From Carcharhinus amblyrhynchos (taxonomy: Eukaryota), in the NCBI GenBank assembly GCA_965287045.1, contig OZ336882.1, positions 26,536,001 through 26,600,000 of the forward strand: a stretch of 64,000 nt of DNA, read 5' to 3'. Both the position numbers and the translations under genes were made by a program. This document shows, one piece after another, positions 25,895 to 39,229 of this stretch (position 1 is the first letter of the stretch; each line of letters opens with the position of its first letter). The notes beneath the pieces were generated by a model, which saw nothing but the letters and a program-made list of their open reading frames with translations, ran no database searches and had not been told where the DNA came from.

Positions 25895-26040
25895 TTTAGA
25901 AACATAGAAGCATAGAAGATAGGAGGAGGAGGAGGCCATTTGGCTCTTCAATCCTGCTCTCCATTCAATATAATCATGGCTGATCATCCAACTCAATAGC
26001 CTAATCTTGCTTTCTCCCCGTAACCTTTGATTCCCTTTGC
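25895..26040 (-). mobile_element. CR1 3' tail
   Basis: agaaacatagaagcatagaagatagg...ggccatttggc. Confidence 0.8.
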
Positions 26041-26576
26041 TATTTTCCTGCAGAGTAATTCCTGTCACCTGCTTATCCTAAATCTCTGAGGATAACAATT
26101 TCCTTGGCTTACCAGAAAAAAGTGTGTACACTTCACCTTTAAAGATAAAACCTCCATAATTTCCTGCACACTGATCCGCATGAGTAGTGAACTCTATTGG
26201 TTTATCATAAGCTTTATTTACTGGGACGGTGTTTTCTGGAAAAATACTTTGCACCTTAGAAATGCTCCAACCTTGCTTTTTGATTCTGTTATGACAAAGA
26301 TTGGTGGTTTTGAGTCAAACTTATCTTCTGGGATGTATTCCTTACTACAAGAAAAATGTATGTTTCTTCCCCTGGGTCATTTTATCCACCATAATCAGAT
26401 TTCTTATCTCCCCAGTTTCTCTGTGTGTTTCCAAAGGTCTGTTACTAATATGCTTGTGAGACAATTTGCAGTCTTCCGCCATTACTCGGCTTCTCTTACC
26501 TGAGAAAATTTATAGTATTTCAGGTGGGACATTATTTCCAAAGGGATACTTTTTAAATTCTCCAACACTCTCCCTT

Positions 26577-26905
26577 GGCAACACGTTGGCACAATGGTTA
26601 GCACTGCTGCCTCACAACACCAGAGACTTGTGTTCAATTTTGACCTTGGGTCACTATCTGTGTGGAGTTTGTACATTGTCCCTGTGTCTACGTGAGTTTC
26701 CTCCAGGTGCTCTGGTTTTCTCCCACAATCCAAAGATGTGCAGGTTAGGTTGATTGGCCACGCTAATTTGTCCTTTAGTACCCTAAGATGCCGAGGTTGG
26801 GGGGGTTTAGAGCCTGGGTAAGATGCTCTGTTGGAGAGCCTGTACAGACTCACTGGGCCAAATGGCCCCCTTCTGGACTGTAGGGTTTCTATGATTCCAT
26901 GATCA
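26577..26905 (+). mobile_element. HE1-type V-SINE
   Basis: Head, core and tail present. Confidence 0.88.
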
Positions 26906-27178
26906 TAATCACCTCTGCAGCGCCTTCCAAACCCCCAACCATCTAGAAGAAAAACGTCACTCACCATCCTGATTTGGAAATATATTGCCGTTCCTTCACT
27001 GTTGCTGGGTCAAAATTTTGGAATTCCTCCTTAACAGCACAGTTGGTGCACCTATGCCTCAGGACCCCAGTTGTTCAAGAAGGCAGCCACTATTACCTTC
27101 TGAGGGGAACGAGAGATGGGCAATAAATGCTGGCCTAGTTAGCAATGCCCACATCCCAGAAATGAATAAAAATAATTT
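26905..27178 (+). mobile_element. L2/Crack-like LINE 3' end
   Basis: ccgttccttcactgttgctgggtcaaaattttggaattcc...gggcaataaatgctggcc tail. Confidence 0.8.
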
Positions 27179-27802
27179 TTTCACAGGTAAACACTAAATG
27201 AGAACACGATGTTCATTGCATCATTTTATCTAAAAACGTTTCTACCGCAGCTCTTCACTGAATAAAATTATTTGTTTGATTATTAATGTGCTTAATTTCT
27301 AATAGCTTTCATCCCACCATCAAACTAACTTGATTGGTCGACATTAAAGTCCAATATTTCTCATGATTTTGGTGGATATTTTCACTGCTCACACTCCTTT
27401 ATCATCTGTATACCTGAGGACATAGTGCTTCTAAAACAACAGGCAGTGTTGCTTTACCCACGTCTATTTAACAAGAAAATACTTTCCTGAGATTCTGCTT
27501 TTGGCACAATCAGTGACCTGCCAAATTCCACTCAAAATTGCAATGGTATTCAAAGTGAACGTTTGGTTCATGTTAGCACTCAAAATCATCACATATAAAA
27601 GCTTCCACCGGCCAGTGCAATCAGGCGATGCTTTAGACATAGTTATTTCCTTATTTTTGCATTCTGAAATGTTCCTTGAAATCACATGTGACTAGTTGAT
27701 TTTCAATTACTGAAAATGACAATATTGTATTACACAGAGCTACTTAGTACCTTCATTGGTATAAAGTAGTCAGTTTCTTAATGAAATAAAAGTTTTACAA
27801 AT

Positions 27803-28145
27803 AGGGCAGTGTGGTGGAACAGTGGTTAACATTGCTGCCTCACAGCACCTGGGACTTGGATTTAATTCCTGCCTTGGGTGTATGGAGTTTGCGCATTCTC
27901 CGTGTGTGTGTGTTAGTTTCATCTGGGTGCTCCAATTTCCTCTCACAGCCCTACGATATTCAGATTAGATTGATTGGCCATGCTAAATTGCCCCTTACTG
28001 GAGGTTATGGAGATTTTTGGGGTAAATGTGTGGGATTACAGGAATAGTGCAGAGGATTGGGCCTGGGTAAAATGCTCTGTGGGAGAGAATCAATGCAGTC
28101 TCGATGGACCGAAAGGCCTCCTTCTGCATTGTAATGGTTCTATGA
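27803..28145 (+). mobile_element. HE1-type V-SINE, diverged
   Basis: Head, core and tail present. Confidence 0.85.
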
Positions 28146-28194
28146 AACATCAAAAAGCTTTTTAAAAAGTGCCCTCATGCCAAGTAAGGCTCAA

Positions 28195-28620
28195 ATATTT
28201 GGCTCATTTGGTAGCACTCGCACCTCTAAATCACAGGATCGTAGGTTCAAATCCCACCCCAGGAGTTAAGCACAAAAATCAAGGCTGACCCTCCAGTGCA
28301 GTCCTGAGGAAGCATTGCACTGTCAGAGGTGATGTTGAATTGAGGATCCATCTGCCTGGTCAGATGGATGCAAATCTTCCCTTGGTGCTATTTTCAAACG
28401 GAATCCCCACGGCATCCTGACCTCAACCAGTATCACAAAAGCAAACAGATTATCTGGTCATTATCACATTGCTGTGTGTAGCAATATGCTAATGTGCAAA
28501 TTAACTGTTTTTTCCTACTCTATAACAGTGACTACACTCCATAAAATAAACTTTATTGGCTGTAAATGCTTTGAGACGTTGGGTGGAATGCACTATATAA
28601 ATGCAAATCTTTCTTTCTTC
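28195..28620 (+). mobile_element. DeuSINE (SacSINE1-like)
   Basis: tRNA-like head (ggtagcactc...ggttcaaatccc), central gcactgtcagaggtg...cagattatctggtcattatcacattgctg, tail cactatataaatgcaaatctttctttc. Confidence 0.75.
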
Positions 28621-29049
28621 GTTCATTTTAAGAGTTTCTTTGACAGCACATAAACTGGCAGGGTTACTGAAAACTTGCCATGGTGATTAACTCAATCTTG
28701 GAATGTGGCCAGTTTTCTGGGCAGGGCTGGCTTCTGCACAATGTTCCCTAAAGCATCACAGAAATTTGCAGAGACTTTACTTGTGTTGAACACAATTTGT
28801 GTTTGAAATTCCTGAAACATTTGAGCTGGGTTGGTAGATTTTGGATGATTTTCGCTGGAAATACCGACGCGGCCAAGCAGATAATCCACTCTAAGCTTTC
28901 AGTGAATCTCTCAAATATAAACCCACCTCTGTATTTCCCCCCTAACACCTAGCAATGCTGAAAGTCTGTTTAAAATGGGCATGAATATGATTCAGTGTAA
29001 CTTGAGCAGTATTGGTGAAACTGGGAGCTCTGATCTCACCACATTGTTT

Positions 29050-29712
29050 AAGGCGATGGCTGAGTGGTATTATCGCTGGACTAGAACCAGAAACTCAACT
29101 AATGTACTGGGAACCTGGGTTTGAATCCTGCCACAGCAGACATTCAATTAAAAAAAATCTAGAATTAAGAATCTACTGATGGCCATGAAACTATTGTTGA
29201 TTGTTGGAAAAAAGCCATCTGGTCCTTTAGGGCAGGAAATCATAGAATCCTACAGTGCAGAAGGAGGCCATTCGGCCCATTGAGTCTGACTCGAGCACAA
29301 TCCTACTCAGGCCCTATCCCATAACTCCATGCATTTACCCTAGCTAGTCCCCCTGACACTGAGAAGCAATTTGGCATGGTCAATCAACCTAACCCGCACA
29401 TTTTTGGAGTGTGGGAGGGAACTGGAGCACCCGGAGGAAACCCACGCAGACACGGGGAGAATGTGCAAACTCCACACAGACAGTGACCCAAGCCAGAATC
29501 GAATCTGGGTCCCTGGTACTGTGAGGCAGCAGTTCTAACCACTGTGACACCATGCTGCCCAAATCTGCTGTCCTTACCTGGTCTGGCCTACATGTGACGA
29601 TGGAGCCACAGCAATGTGGTTAACTCTCAACTGCCCTCCAAGGACAACTAGGGAAGAACAATAAATGCTGGCTAGCAGCAACACCCATGTTCCGCAGATG
29701 AATAAATAAAAA
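29050..29712 (+). mobile_element. SINE family B interrupted by an antisense HE1 (29241-29560)
   Basis: Host core ggaaatc | aaatctgctgtcc shows aaatc duplicated around the HE1. Confidence 0.9.
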
Positions 29713-30571
29713 TGCTTGTCTATTCATGGCAGCTTCTTCCATTATATGCTGGAGACGTTGATGGAAAGTTAGGTGCTAAAGTTGGCAAGACTTTGCCGTA
29801 AGTAGCGACTACTTCATGTCCTGATGCTACCTAATCAAAACTAGACACAATTCATCCATTATTCTATTCCTAATAAATGGAATATAGTTGTGAGCATTCT
29901 AAGGTATCCGGAAATACAGCTACAATTTTATTTTAACTATGTCATCCTTCTTCAGTCTGTATATTGAGTAAACCCATTTCTTATTTTTAGTGACAAGTAT
30001 CATGGTAATGATTGAGTATAGACTATACTTTGTTTTAAATTTTGGAGACTAACGACCTGATAATCACACAAACACAATCTGATATTGCCAAGGATTTCTT
30101 GAGACTCTGCAATGGAGGAAAGGTTTTTAAAACTATATCATTATATTAACAGTGACTCAGATTGAGGCCAATAACTGTTTACAATATTATCAAACCAACC
30201 CCTAATGTTTTCATGTGGTAAACTGTTCTCTGATACATTAGCACATTTTGTTCAAAACAAGTGAGTTAACGCGAATTAAAACACTAACAATTTGTATTTA
30301 TACAGCACCTTTAATGTAATAAAACATCACAGGAACATTATGAAGAAATTATGGCACAGCACCTGCGGAATATGCTTCTAGAATCACAAATAATTCTCAC
30401 TAAGGTAGTGCTAATTCTGCAAGAATTTACAATCAAGCAAGAACAACATTATTTTGTTCATATATCCAAAATGTACATGATTTCTGCTGTAATGCTTGGT
30501 TCAGCTTAGCAAGATATATTCCTTTAATGTGAAACATTATCCACATCAGAAATACATTGACGAGACATAAA

Positions 30572-31533
30572 GGAGGTGATTTTTTGACCTCGTCGTGCCT
30601 AATGCAGATTGTGCCAATCTTGGAAAATAGGTTGTGAGCCAAAAATTTGGTTTCACACCCAGCGCCAAAATGCTTGCAACCTTCCTGGTCTCTTTCTAAT
30701 GGTACAAACTGGACCGCACCCAGCCAATCAGAATAGTTAAAGTAATATTTAAGTATGCATAGTCCATTCGTCGCTGGATTTTCCCAGTTCCTGGGAACTT
30801 CCAATCTTTAGGCATGTCGTAAGGCTAGTGAGGCTCACAGCTGGTCTCCATTAATGGGGATCAGGAATGATGGCCATGCCAAGGGTTATGGAGGCATTGA
30901 AAACACTGGATGGTTGGGGACATGGCAGAGCAGTGCCCACTTGGCACACTGGCAATCACCACAATCTGCACTGGCAATCACTGTGGTGCACAGTGGCAGT
31001 GCCAGTTGGGCACCGCCAGTGTGTCAAGGGCAGGTCCTAGGGATGGGTCTTGAGTGCAGGAGGAGCCTGGGAGAGGGACTATGATGGAGGGGCTGTGGGT
31101 GAGAGGCTTTTCAGGTGGGATCATGCAGGGGGGTAATTCAGGAAGGGTCTTTCACAGATGGAGATAAATGGAGACATGTTGATGGGTCATGATGAGGGGT
31201 GGTATTTCGGGGGGGTCAAGAAGGGGGACCCATTGCCCCAATGCCCTGATACCAGCGTTCCGCGTGTCAGGGAGTGGCCGGCGGGGAGGGGTAGGTCCTG
31301 ATGTCCCGTGGGGTAGTGAGTGGGTCCCCCAGTGCTCCGTGAGATCGGGGTACCTGAATGCTTCGCAGCCAGGCTCACCGGCGCGCTTGGGCCCCACTGT
31401 CTCTTAATTGGTGTGAAACTCACCACCCTCCCAAACATTTTTTTGGAGGATTCCGCCAAAATGTCAACTCCAAATACTGGAAAACGCCTGCTCTCCGTTT
31501 AATAACTGATCTCTCAGTTATAGAATCCTTAGC
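30572..31533. mobile_element. GC-rich Harbinger-like non-autonomous element
   Basis: Imperfect TIR (gattttttgac / gttatagaatc) and GC/G-rich body. Confidence 0.55.
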
Positions 31534-31546
31534 AGGGCAGACCCAT

Positions 31547-31665
31547 TGGCTGGAATCTTATCACCATTCACAATGGCAGGGTTTTCCCCTCCTGCTGCAG
31601 TGAACGGAGATTTGGCTGGCTGCAAAATTCTCCGACTTTGCTGCGGTGGAGGTCAGATTGCACCC
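31547..31665. mobile_element. ~120-bp Harbinger-type MITE
   Basis: ggctggaatct...agattgcaccc ends; homologous to 48052-48187. Confidence 0.65.
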
Positions 31666-32837
31666 ATAATTTCAAAAGGACCCGGTAGTATCCGTTAGGC
31701 TGCAAATTTACATATCCAAGAGTCTAAATGTCAAATGTCTGCAATAGTGTTTGAAAGAAGTGTGCCTCTTGAGTTAGAAGTGCAGGCTATCCCACTGCTG
31801 AGTTTATAAGCCCCACACCTATTTTATACTCAAAAAAATGAACCCAATGTGTACAAATGTTATCTATGCCTCAACTTACTGCTTATTAAATTTGCAATGA
31901 TCACCATGTGCCTATGGTCCTCTGTGGACTATGGTTAATTACCTACTGATTTAGCATTCTGTGCAGCCAACAGAGGGTGCCATTGCACAAGATACTTACA
32001 ATTCTGTCACTGGCTTGTATCAAATAAAGTGCATTAATTCTGTCATTTCCGAACCAGCAATATATGATGTAAATCCACAACAAATAGCTTCTTCAATCAC
32101 AACGTTTTTTTCCTTCACTTTGCTGACAAACAGCACAAAACTGGATTGCTGGATTGGTCCCCAGCTGTCTGAAGATTTTTTAATATGATTACATTTTTGA
32201 GACGAATATCAGAGTGTTAATGCAAAGGGGTCTTTAATGATAAGTGGACGGAGACAGATCGAGAAATTGAAGAAGGGGCGACAGGAAGGAGAGTAGAATG
32301 ATAGTGAGTGATGATGATTACTTTTAGAAGAAGCATTTTTGAATGTGATTAAGTTCCCAATTATTTTCAACAAGAATGACAGGGATGCTGCAGTTTGATA
32401 AAATACTAATGTAGTTCTGCCGTATATTAACCATTCAATGTGACACTTCACAATCACCCTTTTGTCTTCTCATATAATACTTTCTAAAATACTACTCATG
32501 TCATTTCTTTTTATGTGGATGTCAAGATGTCAAGTAGTTTTGATAAGCATTTTAATTTTTGTAATTCAAAGAAAGAATAGTATTTACTGTCCTTGGGGGT
32601 CTCTCAAAGTGACTTGCAGTCAATGTAATTCATTTTCAAGTCCAGGGAAATACAACAGCTAATATGTGCCAAGTTCCCAAAAGCTGACTGACTAGTTAAT
32701 TTGTTTTTGCTTGAAGGGTAAGTGATGGCAAGTGAAGTAATATCAGAATTGGATGTAAGATGTGTTTAGCAGAAACTAAAGGACACAACAGCACCCAGGA
32801 ACTTCTAAATGTCTATCAACTATTTTCAACCATGTTA

Positions 32838-33143
32838 TTTTTATTCATTTGCGGGACATGGGCATTGCTGGCTGGCCTGCATTTATTGTCCATCCTCAGT
32901 TGCCCGAGAGTAGTTGAAAGTTAACCACTTTGCCGTGTCTCTGGAGTCACATGTAGGCCAGACCAGGTAAGGACGGCAGATTTCCTTCCCGGAAGGACAT
33001 TAGTGAACCAGATGAGCCTTTCTGACAATCGACAGTCCTTTCATGGTCATCAGTAGGTTCTTCATTTCAGATTTTTTTAATTGAATTCAAATTCCACCAT
33101 TTGCCATGGCAGGATTTGGACCTGGGTCCCCAGAACATTAGCT
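32838..33143 (-). mobile_element. SINE family B
   Basis: Reverse-complement similarity to 57641-58002. Confidence 0.9.
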
Positions 33144-34730
33144 CTACAGGGATTTATAAGAATGAGGCTCCTTTCAGAGATATCTCTTCCTGAGTTTTAC
33201 ATACATCTCACCAACATATCTGAAAACATATATTAGCTATTAGCATTGTGATTAACACGTTATACGACATCTCTCTCTAAATCTTTCACTCTATTCAATA
33301 AACTACTCTTGAACTCTTTACTCATCTTACTCAACCCCACTCCAGCCTGAATAATTTATGCCAGTGACGTTAATCTGCAACTGTGTTCTTGTCTCTCTTA
33401 GAGGATGTGTAGCACGTTTGTTTTTCCTGAAACACATTAAATCAGTAGTCAGAAGTTGCTGTTTCTGGGGGTGTGTGGCATAAAGGTAGTGAATGGACAT
33501 TCTCTTTTGTCTTTCTTCTTCTTTGTCATTGTACGCCCTTTTGACGTCATGCTGCTGGGATCATCTTTCTTGAAGGAATGAGCCTTGGTCATCTTAGCAT
33601 CCTGCTAATCTCAACAAGAACATTTGGCATTCAATGATGTTGCCCTTAAGCTGCAACTGCTTACCTCTGTCCAACCTAATCATGCTGGATGAAAAAGCCA
33701 TATATCAATGAATTCACAATGAGTCAAACTCAGATGACATGAAATTTCGGGTTCTGTTGAAGTTCGAAACCAATCCCACTGACAAATAGTAAATTCCATA
33801 GAATGAAGTCCGTGATAAGCCAACATTCTGCCCTGATAACTCTAAATTAGTTGAACTTGATTGGCCTATGACCATGTTGATGTATTTGAGCAGAGTTAGA
33901 CTGCCTGCCCATCCTCCTGGCTCCCTGGCCAATGCTGTAGAGATGCTCTGCGATTTTGAACTGCAACATACAAACATTGAAAATATGTTTGACCGCCTTA
34001 CTGACTTATATGATATGCTGTATTACACACAGATGAGGACACATGCTGAGCAGTAAACGATTACATTGTTTTTCCAGAGCTAACTCTCCATTGTTCCAAT
34101 GAAAAGCTCTGACCTTTTACAAGGTGGGCTATTGTAAGGTGTGAAGAGATTGGATAATTTGTTTCTTTGCTGTCTTTTCATTTAGAATTTAAATCCATTG
34201 TTTTTGACAGAGAGCTGCATTTGTAGGCAAGTCAGGCTATTTAAAGATGCATTAATGTGGGGATTTTGGAGCCTCCTCAGCTATCAGGAAGCTTCACTTA
34301 ACACAAATTTGTGGGTGGATCTCCTGGGAGTTGACTCATTGGGATTTTACTGTCTGTTTAGAAATATGCTGTAGATACTTCCAGCTTAGTGTGTGTTGAC
34401 ATTCATTGTCACTAAGCAAAGACAGCGAGCACAATAACATTTGCTCCTTCTCAGGCTTGACTCAAAGAATTAGGTTCCAGATGAAACTAGCTTCCGTGCA
34501 TATCTGTGATTCACACAGCCTGTTGAGTCATCAATTTCACTGCCTCTACCTCACAGCTCTCCGAAAACTAGCCCAGAATCACCCTGAAACTTCCGATTCC
34601 TGCCCATCCGAGCTTTCAAATCCCTGGATTTTGATATTCCCCCCATCCCCACAAAACCTTCTATGTTGCCACGTGTTGTTGAGATAGATTTTTTTTCATT
34701 CATGGGCTTCGCTGGCTGGCCAGCGTTTAT

Positions 34731-36081
34731 TGTAAGAAGTCTCACAACACCAGGTTGAAGTCCAGCAGGTTTATTTGGTAACAAAAGCCACTAGCTTTCA
34801 GAGCGCTGCTCCTTCATCAGGTGAGTGGGAGTTCTGTTCACAAACAGGGCATATAAAGACACAAACTCAATTTACAAATAATGGTCAGAATTTACAGGGA
34901 ATCAAGTCTTAAAGGCATAGACAATGTGAGTGAGAGAGTGTTAAGCACAGGTTAAAGAGATGTGTGTTGTCTCCAGACAGGACAGTTAGTGATATTTTGC
35001 AAGCCTAGGCAAGTCATGGGGGTTACAGATAGTGTGATGTGAATCCAAGATCCCGGTTGAGGCCATTCTCATGTGTGCAGAACTTGGCTATCAGTCTCTG
35101 CTCAGCGACTCTGCATTGTCATGAAGGCCACCTTGGGGAATGCTTACCCGAAGATCAGAGGCCGAATGCTCGTGACCACTGAGGTGTTCCCCAACAGGAA
35201 GAGAGCATTGATGAAGAGAAACATCTCACCAAGGCCATCCCCACACCCCCACTTCTTGCCTTCAAACAACCGCACAGCCTCAAACAGACCATTGTCCGCA
35301 GCAAACGACCCAGCCTTCAGGAGAACAGTGACCACGACACCACACAACCCTGCCACAACAACCTCTGCAAGATGTGCCGGATCATCGACATGGATGCCAT
35401 CATCTCATGTGAGAACACCATCCACCAGGTACACGGTACATACTCTTGCAACTTGGCCAATGTTGTCTACCTGATATGTTGCAGGAAAAAATGTCCCAAG
35501 GCATGGCACGCTGGGGAGACCATGCAGATGCTGCGACAATCACCTGGCAAGGGTGTTCTCTTCCTGTTGGGGAACACTTCAGCGGTCATGGGCATTCGGC
35601 CTCTGACCTTCGGGTTAGCATTCTCCAAGGTGGCCTTCACAACTCACAACAACCAGAGTCGTTGAACAGAGACTAATAGCCAAGTTCCGCACGCATGAGG
35701 ATGGCCTCAGGGGATCTTGGGTTCATGTCACACTATTTGTAACTCCCACGACTTGCCTGGACTTGCAAAATCTCACTAACTGTCCTGTCTGGAGACAATA
35801 CACATCTGTTTAACCTGTGCTTAACGCTCCCTCCATTCACATTGTCTGTTCCTTTAAGACTTGATTCCCTATAATGACTCGCATTCCAACCATTATTTTG
35901 TAAATTGAGTTTGTGTCTTTATATGTCCTGTTTGTGAATAGAACTCCCACTTAACTGACGAAGGAACAGTGCTCCAAAAGCTAGTAGCTTTTGCTACCAA
36001 ATAAACCTGTTGGACTTTAACCTGGTGTTGTGAGACTTCTTGCTGTGTTTACCCCAGTCCAATGTTGGCATCTCCACATCA
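34731..36081 (+). mobile_element. Penelope-like element, family 1: inverted pseudo-LTR (34731-35210) plus sense GIY-YIG/pLTR (35211-36081) with ~38-nt tail
   Basis: PPLLAFKQPHSLKQTIVRS, CHNNLCKMC, YSCNLANVVYLICC..CPKAWHAGET, PVGEHFSGHGHSASDLRVSILQGG; left part is the reverse complement of 35555-36043. Confidence 0.93.
34789..34823 (-). ncRNA. Minimal type I hammerhead ribozyme motif (Penelope-associated)
   Basis: Minus strand CAC-CUGAUGA-A-GGAGC-AGC-GCUCU-GAAA-GC-UA-GUG: intact catalytic core, stem II hairpin, palindromic AGCU stem III, 3-bp stem I. Confidence 0.75.
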
Positions 36082-37254
36082 ACATTTATTGCCCATCCCT
36101 AGTTGCCCTTGGAGGGCAGTTGAGAGTCAACCACATTGCTTTGGCTCTGGAGTCACATGTAGGCCAGACTGGGTAAGGATGGCAGATTCCCTTCCTTAAA
36201 GGGCATTATTGAACCAGATGGGCTTTTCTAACAATGGTTTCATGATCATCAGTAGATTCTTAATTCCAGATTTTTTTTATTGAATTCAAATTCTATCATC
36301 TGCCATGGTGGGATTTGAACCCAAATCCCTAGAACATTAATTGAGTTTCTGGATTAATAGTCTAGCATAATACCACTAGGCCATCGATTTCATCAAAGGT
36401 GGGTCCAGCCTCCTGGAGCTGCAAATCTCAGCAACCTTTCTCAATGCCCTCGAATCGTTTATCACCTGTGGGAAAGGGTTCATTCCTCATCTTCATGCCC
36501 CGTGCTGAGAGAACCTGAGGACTTGCCTGCAAACTCCTGCTGAATCAGGTTCTCCTTCCATCACTCCAGCTGTGAAATCAGCCAACAGGGGTGTCAACTT
36601 ACTTTCAGGGAGACGTTTCTGTTTTGGGAAGATCCTTGGCGGCTAGTGAACCCACTCTTGAGATCATTGTGTGGACTTGAAGCTAATGTGACCTGATTGT
36701 CATCGTTGTATTACGTCTCTCACAAAAGCTCAACAAATGTTTGAGGCATAACTTTCACATCCCTATTATGCATTCTTATCTTTTCTGCTGAGTCTAAGAG
36801 AAACAGTTTACAGCCTAAGGTATTGTTTTAAATGAAAGGATATGTATTATTGCCAGCTGTTGTTACAAAGAAGTAAGCCTGCCCATAACATCTGGCATTA
36901 TGTATGTGTAACATTCAAATTAGCTTGCATAACGGCACATTGAGTAAATTGTTTGCTTAAAAATACTTTCGATAAAGTCAAAGTAATTTCGCAATGCTCA
37001 AATTATTACCTCTTCTGTTCACTTACTCTTTAGAATGTAATACTTGACAATACATTGTCATAAGAAAGTCTTTGACAAAGCTTTTTTGTTAGTAGAGAGT
37101 ATGGAAGTGAAAGACCTATAATTAAATTTGTGTGTGGATGATGTGTTTCAACAGGAAAAGATTGACCCTGGCTTTAATATTGTAAAGCACGTTCATTATC
37201 AAAAGGTAAGGCAGGGCAAATAAGTGAACGGAAAATTATAGAGATATATGACTG

Positions 37255-37680
37255 CAAGAAACTACAAAGGGTTGTGAATGAAGCCTGATCCATTACACAA
37301 ACCAGCCTCCCATCCAGTGACTCCATCTACATTTACCACTGCCTTGGAGAATCACCTAGCATAATCAAGGATCCACACATTCCGCACGTTCTCTCTTCCA
37401 CCTTCTTCCGTCAGAAAAAAACACAAAAGTCTGAGGTCACGTATCAACTGAATCAAGAACAAATTCTTCCCTGCTGCCATCAGACTTTTGAATGGACTTA
37501 TCTCATGTTAAATTGATCTTTCTGTACACCTTAACTATGACTGTGCCATTACATCCTGCATCCTCTCATTTCATTCTCTCTTACGTACTCTGTGAACGGT
37601 ATGTTTTGTTTATATAGCCGCAAGAAACAATACTTTTCACTGTATGCTAATACATGTGACAATAATAAATCAAATCAAAA
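37255..37680 (+). mobile_element. Rex1/Babar-like LINE 3' fragment
   Basis: IIKDPHIPHVLSSTF-like region homologous to 25321-25720; (caaat)n tail. Confidence 0.85.
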
Positions 37681-37962
37681 AGAAGGGCTGTGACATCAGG
37701 GACACAGTGCTTTTTATCAAGAAACAGAGGAATTTGAGCAATTGGAGAAGGGGTTAACAACATCAACTCTCTTGGCCTCATAAATTTCGCTAAATTATTG
37801 GATTGCTTGTCTGATGTTCGGTGCTGGATCAGAAAATTCCCTCCAAATAAATAATCAGGAAGGCCAATTGTATTTGGTCACAGTCACAAATTGTGTTCTC
37901 TATACCCACTAACATCATCTATCTCCCTGGTAACTGTCTGAGGATGAGCCAAACTGCTCACA

Positions 37963-38730
37963 AATATGAGGTAATGTATTTTGCAAGGTCTAATACAAAA
38001 ACAAAATATACAGTAAATGGCAGAGCCCTTAAGATTATTGAAAGGCAGAGAGATCTGGGTGTACAGGTACACAGGTCACTGAAAGTGGCAATGCAGGTGG
38101 AAAAAATAGTAAAGGGGGCATATGGCATGCTTGCCTTCATTGGCTGGGGCATTGAGTTTAAAAATTGGCAAGTAATGTTGCACTTTCATAAAACCTCAGT
38201 GAGGCCGCACTTGGAATATAGTATTCAATTCTGGTCACCACGTTACCAGAAGGATGTGGAGGTTTTGGAGAGGGTACAGAAAACATTTAACGGGATGTTG
38301 CCTGGCATGGAGAACATCAACAATGAGGTGAGGTTGGAGAAACTTGGTTTGTTCTCATTGGAATGATGGATGTTGGGGGGTGACCTGATAGAAGTCTACA
38401 AGATTATGAGAGCCATGGACAGAGTGGATAGTCAGAAGCTTTTTCCCAGGGTGGAAGAGTCAGTTATTAGGGGGCACAGGTTTAAAGGAGACGTATGAGG
38501 CAGATTTTTACACAGAGGGTGGTGCATGCCTGGAACTCGTTGCCGGGGGAGCTAGTGGAAGTGGATACGGTAGTAACTTTTAAGGTGCGTCTTGACAAAT
38601 ATATGAATAGGATGGGAATAGAGGGATATGATTCCCCGGAAGGGTAGGGGGTTTTAGTTAAGTCGGGTAGCATGGTCGGTGCAGGCTTGGAGGACCAAAG
38701 GGCTGTTCCTGCGTTGTAATTTTCTTTGAT
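37963..38730 (+). mobile_element. CR1 3' fragment, same subfamily as 19951-20743
   Basis: ORF 37893-38366 (AYGMLAFIGWGIEFKNWQVML...RPHLEYSIQFWSP). Confidence 0.93.
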
Positions 38731-39229
38731 CTAACCCTGCTCTCACATTTGACCCTGATATGATCTTCTGCCCTCAAATCTTCATCATCACAAAGTCCAT
38801 CTATGTCCAGCTCCGTGACATTGTTCAAACTCAACCCCTCCTCAGCTCATCGGTTACTGAAAACATTATCCGTGCCTTTATTAGTATCTAGGCTTTACTC
38901 CAATGCCCAGCCTCCCACCTTTCACCCTTCATAAATTTAAACTCATTCTCTGCTTTCCACATCCGATAAGTATATCACCTCTGTACTGGTGCATTACACT
39001 CTTCATCCAGCAATGTCTCAGTTTTAACATTCTCATCCTTGTTTTCAAATCCATCCATGACCTTGTTTCTCCCCATCATTGTAAACTCCTCTAGCCATGG
39101 AGCTTTGAGGCCTTTGCACAGATCTCTGCATTCCTCCAATTCTGATCTCTTGTGTATTCCCTATTCAAATCACACAATAGTGTGGCAGCTCTGCTTTCTG
39201 GTGCCCAACGTCTGGAATTTCCTCTTTTA

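Larger units (their letters stand above)
34688..36387 (-). mobile_element. SINE family B split by a Penelope insertion
   Basis: ggctggccagcgtttatt | acatttattgcccatccc, with an imperfect ~9-bp duplication. Confidence 0.88.

Noticed and set aside
33450-33835. Possible minus-strand exons (DAKMTKAHSFKKDD...; donor at 33664) and a similar one at 32000-32168
   Set aside because: Upstream segment has stops, the implied intron is only ~60 nt and no protein similarity is recognisable
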